Positions 49,999-61,500 of a stretch of 64,000 nucleotides of DNA are shown piece by piece. The position numbers and the translations under genes were made by a program. How positions within the stretch are numbered: position 1 is the stretch's first letter; each line of letters starts with the position of its first letter. Origin of the DNA: Candidatus Lindowbacteria bacterium RIFCSPLOWO2_12_FULL_62_27 (GTDB lineage Bacteria; Lindowbacteria; 2-12-FULL-62-27); the NCBI GenBank assembly GCA_001784175.1, contig MFPR01000019.1:1-64000 (forward strand), read 5' to 3'. The notes under the pieces were generated by a model. It was not told the DNA's origin. It was given only the letters and a program-made list of their open reading frames with translations, and made no database searches.

Positions 49999-50032
49999 AA
50001 ATCCAAAATCCAAAATCCAAAATCCAAAATCC
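49999..50032 (+). repeat. Heptamer tandem repeat (AATCCAA)n
   Basis: aaatccaaaatccaaaatccaaaatccaaaatcc; similar tracts at ~50851-50925 and ~51773-51808. Confidence 0.9.
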
Positions 50033-50048
50033 CAACTCCCAGCCCCGG

Positions 50049-50164
50049 CCCGCCGCCCGAATCTGTCCCGGTTCCTGGTTTCCGGATTCGCGATCCCCTC
50101 CCTCGCTCTCCTCGCGCCGGCGCCGGCGATGGGGAAGAGGATGGCGGATTCTAGTGTGATTTTC
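50049..50164 (+). repeat. Truncated copy of the signal-peptide-coding 5' end of the 52560 giant gene
   Basis: Encodes RPNLSRFLVSGFAIPSLALLAPAPAMGKRMADSSVIF versus RPILSRFLVSGFAILSLALLAPQPAIGKMMSDSIVIF; other copies at ~49540-49612, 50935-51052 and 51818-52040. Confidence 0.92.
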
Positions 50165-50173
50165 GGCGAAGGG

Positions 50174-50515
50174 TTATTTTCGGCCGTTGAGGATGGCGGT
50201 GTACAACTGGTCGATGCGGGCGTTCAGATCGGCGAATTTCTGGTCGATGGCGGCGAATTTCTGGTCAATCGCGGAAAACCGCTGGTCCATTTTCTGGTCC
50301 AAGGCTTCAAACCGGCGGTTGATTTCGGACTGGAGGGTGTCAAACCTGGTTTCCACATGCTCGACGCGCCGCCGAAGTTCAGTAACCTCATGTCTGAGTT
50401 CCGACACGTCCTGTCTGAGGTCCGACAAACCTTCTTTCAACGTTTCCGTCCGTTTGTCGATCACGTCATACAGCATTTCATTGGTGATCCGTTTGACGAT
50501 GTCCTGAGCTTTCAT
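50174..50515 (-). CDS. Small heptad-repeat coiled-coil protein
   Basis: MKAQDIVKRIT.EMLY..; F.AIDQK heptads; promoter TTGACT-17-TAGGAT 7 nt before the ATG. Confidence 0.7.
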   Translation of the reverse strand: MKAQDIVKRITNEMLYDVIDKRTETLKEGLSDLRQDVSELRHEVTELRRRVEHVETRFDTLQSEINRRFEALDQKMDQRFSAIDQKFAAIDQKFADLNARIDQLYTAILNGRK

Positions 50516-50598
50516 CGCCCTCATCCTACCAACCGCATCGAGGGCAGTCAAGATTTCCGTGCCCGTGAACGTGCCCGAACCCGGGATCGGGTATTATG

Positions 50599-50664
50599 GC
50601 CACAAAAGGCGCAAAAGTCACAAGAAAACTCACAAAATTATGTGCATTTTGTGCTTTTTGTGGC
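50599..50664. repeat. Imperfect hairpin with 9-bp periodic arms (CACAA / TTGTG)
   Basis: gccacaaaaggcgcaaaagtcacaa...ttatgtgcattttgtgctttttgtggc. Confidence 0.8.
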
Positions 50665-50738
50665 TGGATCATCAACGACCGTTTTGCAGAAGGCTCCGCA
50701 GTCATGACCTGCCGGCAGATCGAGAAAAAGAATCTTGA

Positions 50739-50820
50739 ACTACGAAAGGACGCGAAAGGACGCGAAAGGGGCAAATTCCACCATGAAATTTTTCGCGAAC
50801 TTTTGCGTTCCATTCGTAGT
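50739..50820. repeat. Imperfect hairpin with 10-bp periodic arms (CGCGAAAGGA)
   Basis: actacgaaaggacgcgaaaggacgcgaaa...tttcgcgaacttttgcgttccattcgtagt. Confidence 0.75.
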
Positions 50821-51085
50821 AAATGGAATTATCGAGTTTGGCAACTTTTGAAATCCGAAATCCGAATCTCGAAATCCGAAACAAATCAGAATGTTCCAAA
50901 TCCAAAATCCAAAATCCAAAATCCCAACCGCCGTCCCGCCGCCCGATCCTGTCCCGGTTCCTGGTTTCCGGATTCTCGATTCTCTCCCTTGCGCTCCTTT
51001 CGCCGGCGCCGGCGCTGGGGAAGATGATGGCGGATTCGACTGTGATTTTTGAGGAGCCTGCGATCAGTTGCGGGGCTGGGAAGGG

Positions 51086-51448
51086 TTATCTAAATTTCAG
51101 GAACAGGCCAAGCACGACGGCGGCCTGGCCGAGCCAGAAGAGGAACATCCATTTAATGATCTCGGCGCGGAGTTTGCCGAGTTCGTCGTGCATTTCGGCG
51201 CGGAGTTTGCCGATCTCCGAATGGAGGGCGCCGAAGAATTCGGCGCGGAGTTTGCCGAGTTCGTCGTGCATTTCGACGCGGAGTTTGCCGATCTCTTCGG
51301 AAAGTCTGCGGGCGAATTTGTCATCGACCAACGAAACGATTTCAGATCGCAGGGCGCCGTTGGTGCGGGCAACAAACTCCACCAGCCCCTCAACGCCGTC
51401 ATCGCCCATTTTTTCCCTGAGCACGCGCGGAACCGTCATGACGGTCAT
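51086..51448 (-). CDS. DUF1640/CCDC90-like protein, paralog of 49619-49915 with an extra 22-aa repeat
   Basis: Identical C-terminus IIKWMFLFWLGQAAVVLGLFLKFR. Confidence 0.75.
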   Translation of the reverse strand: MTVMTVPRVLREKMGDDGVEGLVEFVARTNGALRSEIVSLVDDKFARRLSEEIGKLRVEMHDELGKLRAEFFGALHSEIGKLRAEMHDELGKLRAEIIKWMFLFWLGQAAVVLGLFLKFR

Positions 51449-51657
51449 GCCCGTCCGTTCTCCTTCTTCACCTGCGCGAAATACTCCGCCAGACCTTTGG
51501 CCGCCTCGTCCCCGAGTTTATCGAGAAGCAGGTGCGGCATGACCCGGAGGTTCGCGTCCGTGTCCGGCGTGGCGGCATTGAAGAAATCGACCAGCGCGTC
51601 CGCTCCATCCTCGCCCAGTTTCTTCCGCAGCACCTTCGGCACCGTTACAATCGTCAT
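51445..51657 (-). CDS. Small protein made of two copies of the DUF1640-like N-terminal motif
   Basis: PKVLRKKLGEDGADALVDFF / PHLLLDKLGDEAAKGLAEYF; ATGA overlap; promoter TTGACT-17-TAGACT 6 nt before the ATG. Confidence 0.65.
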   Translation of the reverse strand: MTIVTVPKVLRKKLGEDGADALVDFFNAATPDTDANLRVMPHLLLDKLGDEAAKGLAEYFAQVKKENGRA

Positions 51658-51910
51658 GTCTGAAGTCTACCGATGGCGCCGTCCGAAGTCAACCGTTCCC
51701 GGAGGCCAACCATGACCCGCCGTGCGCCATTGACTTGGATATTTCGGATTGTGGATCGGGGACTGCGGATTTTAAATCCAAAATCCAAAATCCAAAATCC
51801 AAAATCCCAAACGCCGTCCCGCCGCCCGAATCTGTTCCGGTTTCTCGTTTCAGGATTCGCGATTCTCTCCCTCGCTCTGCTCGCGCCGGCGCTGGGGATG
51901 GCGGATTCTA

Positions 51911-52028
51911 GAAGCTATCTCAAAAATCATTACTGGCCACAAGAAGCACAAGAGTCACAAGATGCTCAAGGGAAACTCGGAATTTTTGTGCCTCCTGTGC
52001 CTCTTGCGGCTAATTTTGAGACAGGTTC
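51911..52028. mobile_element. MITE-like 118-bp insertion with 15-bp imperfect TIRs and a TA (or CTAG) duplication
   Basis: GAAGCTATCTCAAAA ... TTTTGAGACAGGTTC (13/15 match); the empty site gattcTAgtgtg is present in the paralogous copy at ~50147-50158. Confidence 0.8.
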
Positions 52029-52050
52029 TAGTGTGATTTTCGGCGAAGGG

Positions 52051-52317
52051 TTATTTTCGGCCGTTGAGGATGGCGGTATAGAGCTGATCGATGCGTCGGT
52101 TGAGGTCGGCGAATTTCCGGTCCATGGCCTCGAACCGGCGGTTGATGTCCGACTGCAGGTTGTCGAATCGCAATTTCAGATGTTCCATTCTCCGGCGCGG
52201 TTCTCCCACGTCCTGTTTGAAGTCCGACAACCCTTCTTTCAACGAGTCCATCCGTTTGTCGATCAAATCATACAGCATTTCCTTGGTGATCCGTTTGACG
52301 ATGTCCTGAGCTTTCAT
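52051..52317 (-). CDS. Small coiled-coil protein, shorter paralog of 50174-50515
   Basis: MKAQDIVKRITKEMLY..IDQLYTAILNGRK; same promoter layout. Confidence 0.7.
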   Translation of the reverse strand: MKAQDIVKRITKEMLYDLIDKRMDSLKEGLSDFKQDVGEPRRRMEHLKLRFDNLQSDINRRFEAMDRKFADLNRRIDQLYTAILNGRK

Positions 52318-52397
52318 CGCCCTCATCCTACCCACCGCGTCGACGGCAGTCAAGAAAGCGCGGAGAGCTTACGTAAGGGGTCGGTGGAAGGGGGCAT

Positions 52398-52532
52398 GAA
52401 ACAATTTCACACGAATGAACACGAATGTCCGAGCACGAATGAGCACGAATTTTTTTATGGTTTAAACTTCGAAAATCTCTTATTCGTGGGCGTTCGTGTT
52501 CCATATTCGTGTCCATTCGTGTCAAATGTTTC
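52398..52532. repeat. Long imperfect hairpin with 9-bp periodic arms (CACGAAT / ATTCGTG) just upstream of the giant-gene start
   Basis: gaaacaatttcacacgaatgaacacgaat...attcgtgtccattcgtgtcaaatgtttc. Confidence 0.85.
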
Positions 52533-52559
52533 CTCTGTTTACCAACCGGGTACGAGCTT

Positions 52560-55500
52560 ATGTTGACCCCCCGCCCGATTCTGTCCCGGTTCCTGGTTTC
52601 CGGATTCGCGATCCTCTCCCTCGCCCTCCTCGCGCCACAGCCGGCGATCGGGAAGATGATGTCGGATTCGATTGTGATTTTTGAAGTCTCTGTTGGGGCC
52701 GGAGCTGTGGCAGATGAGTACATGACGCTGTACAATCCCACGCCGGACTCCAAAGGATTGACGGCGTATCGCATGACACGGGCAACTGCAACGATGGCGA
52801 CTATGAGCGTCATTACGTCGAGAATTGACAGTACTGTTGCAGACACGATTGGCCCTTTTGGATTTTACCGGCTGGTTTCAGTGGGCGCCAATGCCGTTCT
52901 TCGAGGAACAGCAGACAGCGTGTCAAGCACGGCCACCTTGGCCGCGGACAATCAGATAATGCTTGGCCAAGCCACTTCGAACACAAACTATACGGACAGT
53001 AGAGATCGGCTGGGGTGGGGTGCCGTCACTACTCGAAAGTTTACTGAAACGCAGGCGGTGACAGACACTACACCCGGCAATCCGCCAGCCGGCAAGGCGC
53101 TCTATCGTTTTCCGGGCAAGATTGCCGGGGGCATGATCGACCGACAACGAAACGGATTTGATTTTGATACGGCTTTGGTCACGGATACGTTCAACACAGG
53201 GACGCGCCACCGCCGCGTTGTATTTTCATGCACGACGCCGACCAAGGCGGTGCGGGTCGGATTGGCATTCAACCTCTACTGTACGGCCACCGTCGTATAT
53301 GGCGACACCTACTGGATACAGGACACGAACGTGGTCGCCTCCTATAGCGGAGATTCCGCGTGGGCGGATCTGACCGGATGGGGGAAGGACACGCTGGTGG
53401 TGGACAGTTCGGGCGACACGGCGGACACAACGGGGATATTCAGGAACGGGCTTTGTACAATGACGCTGCGGTTTACACCCTTTGCTCGCATCGCCGACAC
53501 GGTTCGGATTGTGGCTTCGGACGCCTATTGTACAGGCTTCATCATTTTGCGCGTTTTCGACTCGCCGACCGCTGATCTTCCCGCGATTGGCCATGAGACG
53601 AACGTGATTGATTTTCTTGTTAGGTGGACCATGTCGGACAGCTCGGGATTCGACAGTTACGAAATCGAGGTGTCAAAGAGCGTTGGCTTCTCGAGCATCG
53701 CCTTTGCCGACACCATCGACATCACGCAGACCAGCGACACGATCACGGGATTGTACAACGACACGTACTATTGGCGCGTGCGGTTCATCGACAATTTCGG
53801 CGTACGCGGGAACTGGTCGGAGACGCGGTCGTTTGTGACGGACACCCTCATCGGCGCGCCGACGGCCTCGTATCCCGCGGACGCGCATGAGACGACGTCA
53901 TCGTCCGTGGTCGTCGGCTGGACGCAGGTGTCGTCCGACAGCGTGGGGATCGACAGTTACGCGGTTGAGGCGTCGACCAATGCGGGGTTCACGGCGATGG
54001 TCTTGACGGACACCGTCGACGGCACGCGCGACAACGACACGGTGACGGCGGCGACGGAGGCCACCTACTCCTGGCGTGTCCGCGCGATCGACGATCTGGG
54101 CAATGGCGGGTCGTATTCAACGACGAGGACATTTGTGCGGACATCGGCGTCGGCGTCGCCGACGCCGAGCGTGAAGGTCGACGGCGACAGTTCGGACTGG
54201 GTGGGGACGCGGTCGAGCACCGTTCACGACACGGTCATATCGCTGGGCGAGTGGATATATTCAGGCGACCCGAATGATGTGCGGGGGGAAGGCACGGACC
54301 CCGACGAGAATTACGACATCACGGAGGCGCGGCTGTCAGGCGATACGCTTCATCTTTTCATGCTCGTCGTCATGGAGGGCATCTCCTCCAACACACTGCC
54401 GTTTGTGGGTCTGTCGGTCGACGTGGATCAAGTTTCCTACGGCATGGACTGGGCCCTGGCGGACGACGGCATGGCGAACGGCTACCCGTCCTCCGACAGA
54501 TATTCCGAAACCAATGTGAGTTTCCATAGGGTGTCCGGCTCAGACACAATCGAGATGTTCGAGGCCAGCGGGTCGTGGGGCGGAAATTGGTGGCATTCTC
54601 CAGTCGCCACGCCCCGTGCCGCGGATTCGATATCGATCAGCACGACGAACGAGGTTGTGGAGGCGGCGCTTCGCTGGGAAGATCTCAGCGTGACGCTGCC
54701 CAAACGGCTCAAATTCGTGCTGGCCAGCGCCGAAAACGACGGCACCTCGTGCGACAACGACGGCACGGTGGACAGAGCCGATGCCGACATCCTTGACGTC
54801 GTCACGCCGTATTACTCCGGCTCGGCGAGTTCATGGACGCGCGACATCATCGACGATGAATACGATTACTCGTTCGTTGTCAACTTCAACAAAAACGGCA
54901 AAGTCAATCACCCGCCGGACACCCCGACTTTGAGCTCTCCGGCGGACGGCACGATTTACACGTCCGCCACCACCGTGACGATGTCGTGGACCCTGAACGA
55001 CGCGACGGCCGACGTCTCCAAGGACTCGATGGTCCATATCCAGATCGGCACCAACTCGGACTCGAACGACGTGCTGGACACGAAGATCCATGGCGCCGAC
55101 CTCGATCTGGACTTCCGGTTCTGGATGGAGGACACCTACTACTGGCGCATCCGCCATGCCGACGATTTCAACACGTCGCCGTGGACGAAGTCCCGGCAAT
55201 TCGGGATACAGCTTTCGGCCACGACCGGGTTCGCCGTGGACGGCGACACGTCGGAGTGGACCGGGACGCCCTCATCGACGGCGCATGACACGGCGATCTC
55301 GAACGGCGAGTTCATCTACACCGGCGTCGCCTACGACATGCGGACCGACCCGGACATCTGGACGGATTCCAACTACGACATCACACAGGTGCGGTTTTCC
55401 GGAGACACGAACCATCTCTACCTCATGGTGGCGATCTCGGTATTGAGCGACCGCCGCGCGCCGCACATTGCGTTCAATGTGGACCTCGATCAGCTTTCGG

Positions 55501-58500
55501 GCGATGGTTCGCTCGACTGGATCGGCCCGGACGACGGCGCGACCCTTGCGGGCACCACGCAGTACGGCGAGACAAACGTTTCTCTGCACGTCGCCGGCCG
55601 GGGGACTTCGTACGACTCGGCCACCTATCCCGAAATCGAGATGTTCGCGCAGGACTGGACGAGCTGGCATTCTCCGTCGGCCGGGTCGTACGATTCGGTG
55701 GCGATCAGCAACGCGAACAACGTGATCGAAGCGGGATTTCGGTGGCCGGACATCATCGGCGGCGGCGGAACGCTTCCGAAGAAAATCCGGATCGCGCTGG
55801 CCTCCTACAGCAACAACACGTCATGGAACAGCAACAGCGCCGCGACGCATGACGTTACGGGATCGGCCGACGCGATGGACAACATCCGGCCGTATGCCGG
55901 CACCACCTGCGCCGCCTGTCCCGCTTCTTGGGACTGGGACCTCGTCGACGCCGATTATGACACGTCGGTCACGATCGAATTCAACAGGACCGGCCGCGTG
56001 AACCATATTCCCGGCCAGCCGTCCGTGTACTCTCCCGCGAACGGTTCATCTTTCTCGGAAGCGGACAATCTCATCACCCTGCAATGGTCGATCAACGACG
56101 CGGACAGTTGGACCGCGCTGGACTCGGCCGTCTTCGTGCAGGTCACCAACCGCCGCGGCATCTTGATTCTGGACACCGAACTCGTCGGCCCCGACGCCGA
56201 TCTCGTCTACCGGTTCCCGGCCGGCGACAGCTTCTACTGGCGTGTGCGGCACTCGGACGATTTCGAAACCTCGCCCTGGTCGGACAGCGGCTATTTCTCC
56301 GTCAGCGACACGATTGACATCAAGACCCCGGTGGACGCGACGGGCGGGACGCAAGAGACGACCAACGCGACGGTGACGCTGACCGGATACGCCGGTTCGA
56401 GCGACACGACGTCCGACACAGTGCAGGTCACGGTGAACGGCGCCGAGACGACCGTGATGTTTCTATCGAGCGCCGGCGTGTGGTCCTGTTCGGCGACGCT
56501 GGCCGACCGTGCCGGCGAATCGGTCATCATCCGGCTGTTCAACAACGGCGTGCAGACGGCGAACGACACGATCAACCTGTTCTATGACGCGACGAAACCG
56601 CGGATCACCAAAATCTCCGACTCGTCCCTGCGGGACGCTTCGAGCGCCAGTGTGAGCGACACGGTGTTTTTCTACATCTTCGACACCGGCGTCGGATTCG
56701 GCGGCGACGGCGGCTGTACGTTGTACTGGCACATCGACAGCGGCGCGAACACGAACTGGTCCGTCGCGACGGAGAGCAGTTCCAGCCCGTCCGGCACGAC
56801 GACGATCGAGGCGATGATTCCGGTCAGCACATTCAATCCGCTGGTCGACACGCAGGTGGGATTCTGGTGGATTTGCCGGGACGACCTCGGGAACCTCATG
56901 GATTCGACTTCGCTGTCCCCCAGTTACCTGGATGTGAGACCCGGCACATTCACAGTCGAGGTCGTCGGCGTCCGGGACATCGTGATCAACGAAATCATGT
57001 GGGGCGGCAGTGGGGGAGAATACATTGAATTGCGGAATATGACGGGCGTGGCCATCCGACTTACGAACTGGGTCCTGAAGGACCTCGCAAGTGACCCGAC
57101 AAGCATGTTCGCCTTCCAATCTGCGGACAGCATCCCGGCCTACGGGTTTTTCCTGGCATTGGATTCGGGTGCGATTGACGACACGAGCAGTCATGCCACC
57201 AGGTTTCCACGGACCAACTCGGCCCTCACTTTGACCAATACTGGAGACTCGATATCGCTGGTCTCCGATGGCGGTCTCGATATTGACTCCGCATGGTTCA
57301 ACGGCGGCTGGCCCGCCGGTTCCGCGACGGGCGACGGCACTTCGATGGAGCGCAAGCCTTCTCCCGGCTACGGCAACGCGTCCTCGGACTGGGACGACTG
57401 CACCACGACTCTTTATCCGGGCACGGGCGGCCGGACCACCGGCACGCCCGGGCACCGCAACACGAACGTGGACAGTGTGACGTTCAGCGTGGTCTCTTCC
57501 GGCGGCACGTATGAAACGAACGCGACGGGGATCACGCTGACCGGCTTCTGCTCCTTGCAGTCCGGAGATTCCGTTTGGATTTTCATCAGCAACACCGCGG
57601 CCGAATCGACGGTTCTCACCAGCGGCGGCGTCTGGAGCGTGTCCGGCATCGATCTTTCGGGCACGAAGCGCGGGGAGAGCATCGCGATCTACACGTTCGA
57701 TGACAGCGTCTATGCCCGATCCGACACGATCACCATCGTCTATGACGCGGTCGTGAGTCAGGTGAGCCTCTCGGCCCCGGCGACCGGCCACGAGACGACA
57801 TCGATCAGCGTGGTGTTGAGCTGGAGCGCGGTGTCGGACACCGTGGACATCGACAGCTACGCGTTGGAGGTGTCGAAGAACACGGACTTCACGAACATGG
57901 TTTTCACGGACACCCTCGACGGCACGCGGACGAACGACACCTCGACGGGTCTTTACAACGACACGTACTACTGGCGAGTGCGCGCGATCGACGATCTGGG
58001 CAACGGCGGCCCGTATTCGGACACGCGCGGATTCGTGACGGACACGATCGTGGGCGCCCCGACGTTGTCGCAGCCGTCGGACGGGCACGAGACGACCTCG
58101 ATCAGCGTGGTGGTGAGCTGGAGCCTGTCCGACAGCGTTGGGATCGACAGCTTCGCGGTGGAGGCGTCGAAGAATACGGCCTTCACAAACATCGCCTTCA
58201 CGGACACGATCGACGGCTCGCGGACGAACGACACGGTGACAGGTCTGTACAACGACACGTACTACTGGCGCGTGCGCGCGATCGACGATCTGGGCAATCG
58301 CGGCCCGTATTCGGACACGCGCGGATTCGTGACGGACACCCTGGTCGGCACGCCGGCGGCCTCGTATCCGGCGGAAGCGCATGAGACGACCGTGACATCC
58401 GTGGTGGTCGGCTGGTCGGCCGTGTCGTCGGACAGCGTGGGGATCGACAGTTACGCGGTGGAGGTGTCGAGGAACGGGGCCTTCACGGAGATGGCGCTGA

Positions 58501-61500
58501 CGGACACGATCGACGGCACGCGGACGAACGACACGGTGTCGGCGTCGACCCCGGCCACCTACTCCTGGCGTGTGCGCGCGATCGACGATCTGGGCAACTC
58601 CGGCGCCTATTCGTCCACGGCGACGTTCGTCCGGACGGTGACCCAGAGCATCACCATCGATGGAGACAGCAATGATTGGCCGGGCACGCCGTCGACGACC
58701 GCTCATGACACGGTGATTTCAAGCGGGGTGTTCATCTACACGGGCGTGGCGGGCGACGAGCGAACGGAGGTGAACGACTGGTCGGACCTCAATTACGACA
58801 TCACCCAGGTCCGTTTCTTCGGCGACACCAATTTCTTCTATGTCCTGGTCGTCATGCAGGACATCACCGACAGCCGCGGCCCGTACGTCGGCCTTGGAAT
58901 CGACAAGGATTCCGCGACCTCGGACGGCGACCTGAACTGGATCGCGGACGAGGACGGCCTGACCGTCGCGGGCGCCAACCACGATCCGGAGTCGTCCGTC
59001 CGGCTGTCCGTGGCGGGCCGGTCGAACGGAAGCGCTCCGGAAATCGAGATCACCGACGAGGCGGCCGGCCTCGGTTCGTGGCAAGCTCCGACGAATTCGG
59101 GCGGGCACGCGGCGACCGCGTACGAATCCGTCGCGATCAGCGTCTCCAACAACGTGATCGAGGCGGCCCTCCAGTGGAAGGATCTCAGCGTCACACTCCC
59201 GGCCAGACTGAACTTGACCCTGGCTGCGTACAGCAACACGACTCCGGCGGACTGGGCCAACAACAACGACGCCACCGCAGACAACGGCGCCATCGACGGC
59301 GCCGACGTGATGACGCCCTATTGCACGAACGGCGACAACGCCTGGGGCCGGGATTTATCGGACGCCGACTTCGACAGTTTCGTGACCGTCGGTTTCAACA
59401 AGACCGGCCAGGTCAACTATCGGCCCTTCGTGCCGACGCAGGACACGCCGGGGAATCTGTATGTATTCACAGAATCGAACAACTCGATCACGTTGCAGTG
59501 GCAGATCAGCGACGCCGACAGCAACGTGGCCAAGGATTCGATGGCCCAAATTCAGGTGACGACCGGCACGGGCCGGACGGTTCTGGACACGAAGATTCAA
59601 GGCTGGGACCCCGACCTCGTTTACAGGTTCCTGTCGGGCGACAGTTATTACTGGCGTGTCCGGTACGCGGACGATTTCGAGACAACGACGTGGACGGACA
59701 GCCTCGTGTTCAGGGTGTCGGACACGATCGACATCAAGACGCCGGTGGACGCGACGGGCGGGACGCATGAGACGACGACGCAGGTGGTGGTGTTGACGGG
59801 TTATGCCGGCTCAGGCGATACGACAACCGACACGGTGCAGGTCACGGTGAACGGGGCCGAGACGACCGTCATGTTTTTATCGAGCGCCGGCGTGTGGTCC
59901 TGTTCGGCGACGTTGCGGGACCTCGCGGGTGAATCAGTGATCGTCCGGTTGTTCAACAACGGCATTCAGACCGCCAACGACACGATCAATCTGTTTTACG
60001 ACGCGACGCCCCCGCGGATCACCCGAATCGGCGACACGTCCGTGCGGAACGACTCGACGGTTCGCGGGTCGTCGGACACGATCTTTTTCTATGTGTTTGA
60101 CACCGGCGTCGGATTCGGCAGCGCCGGCGGCTGTACGCTGTACTGGCACGCCGACACGGGCACGAACATCAACTGGGTGGTCGCGTCGGAGAGCAGTTCC
60201 AGTCCGTCGGGCACGACGACGATCGAAGCGATGATCCCGGCCGCCACTTGGAGCCCGTCCGTGGACACGGATATTGGTTTTTGGTGGGTGTGCCGGGACG
60301 ATCTGGGCAACACGATGGACTCGACGTCGCTGTCGCCCAGCTACATCGAGTCGCGGCCGGGAACCTACACGGTCGACGTCCTCACCGTGGGCGACGTGGT
60401 CATCAACGAAATCATGTGGGGCGGCCGGTCCGGTTCCGGCGAATACATCGAGCTTCGAAACGCGTCGAGCCTGGCCGTCAGTTTGACGAACTGGGTTTTG
60501 CGCGACAAGGGCGGCGGGTCGAGCGGATTTTCGATCACCTTTCAAAGCGCGGACAGCATCCCGGCCGGCGGATTTTTTCTGGTGATGGATTCCGGCGCGA
60601 TCGACGACACAAGCAGCCACTACGTCCGTTTCCCTCCGAAGACCGGCGGCATCGCGTTGACGGACGGCGGCGACTCGATCGAGTTGCTCACCGACGTCGG
60701 CGCCGAGATGGACTCGGCCGTTTTCACAAGCGGCTGGCCGGCAGGCTCTGCAACAGGGGACGGCAAGTCGATGGACCGCACGCCGACGCCGGGCTACGGG
60801 AACACTTCGACGAACTGGGAGAACGGCTGGGACAGCGCAGCCGACGGCGGCCGGGCGAACGGTTCGCCCGGACACCGCAACCCGAACGCGTCGCCGTATG
60901 TGACGGTCTCTCCGGATTCGACGCCGGCGGCGACGGGCGGCCGCGGGGTGTGGACATTCACGTTCACGAACGGCCAGACGGCGTTTACGAGCGGCCGGCT
61001 TGTGATGCAGATCGACACCGGCGGGTCGACCGACCAGACCAACAACTGGACCCAGCCGCAGACGTCGACGTCGTCTTCGCCCGGCTATGTCACCACGAGC
61101 GTGTCGAACGGCACGCTGGGCACGGTCACGACATCCGGCGATTCCGTCATCATCGACGTGACGTCTCTCACGGCGACCACCGGCCAGATCACGATCACGT
61201 ACGGAAGCGTCACGGCCAACACCGGGGGCGCCGCCAAAGTCCGGACGACCACCGGCCGGGCCTATTTCCGTTTTTATTATGATGAGGACAGCACCGTCAC
61301 CGCGCCCGTGCGGGACACGGCCGAGGTGACGATCCCGATCGTTTCGCTGTCCGGCGGATCGTTCGCGGACACCGACCCGGCCTCCAACCCGCAGAGTTTT
61401 ATCGGTTCGGAATACGCCGTGACCATCAAGGTCAAGGACTCGAACAACAACGCGGTGCACGCCGCCCATGTCTGGGCCACGCTGCCGGCCGACGGCGCCG

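Noticed and set aside
48689-52532. CRISPR array
   Set aside because: Repeats are not identical direct repeats with regular unique spacers; no cas genes
46393-52532. Classical integron
   Set aside because: No intI in the window, the hairpins lack evident RYYYAAC/GTTRRRY attC ends, and the cassettes carry their own promoters; kept only as an analogy
49540-52684. Diversity-generating retroelement TR/VR pair
   Set aside because: No reverse transcriptase in the window, and differences between copies are not visibly adenine-specific
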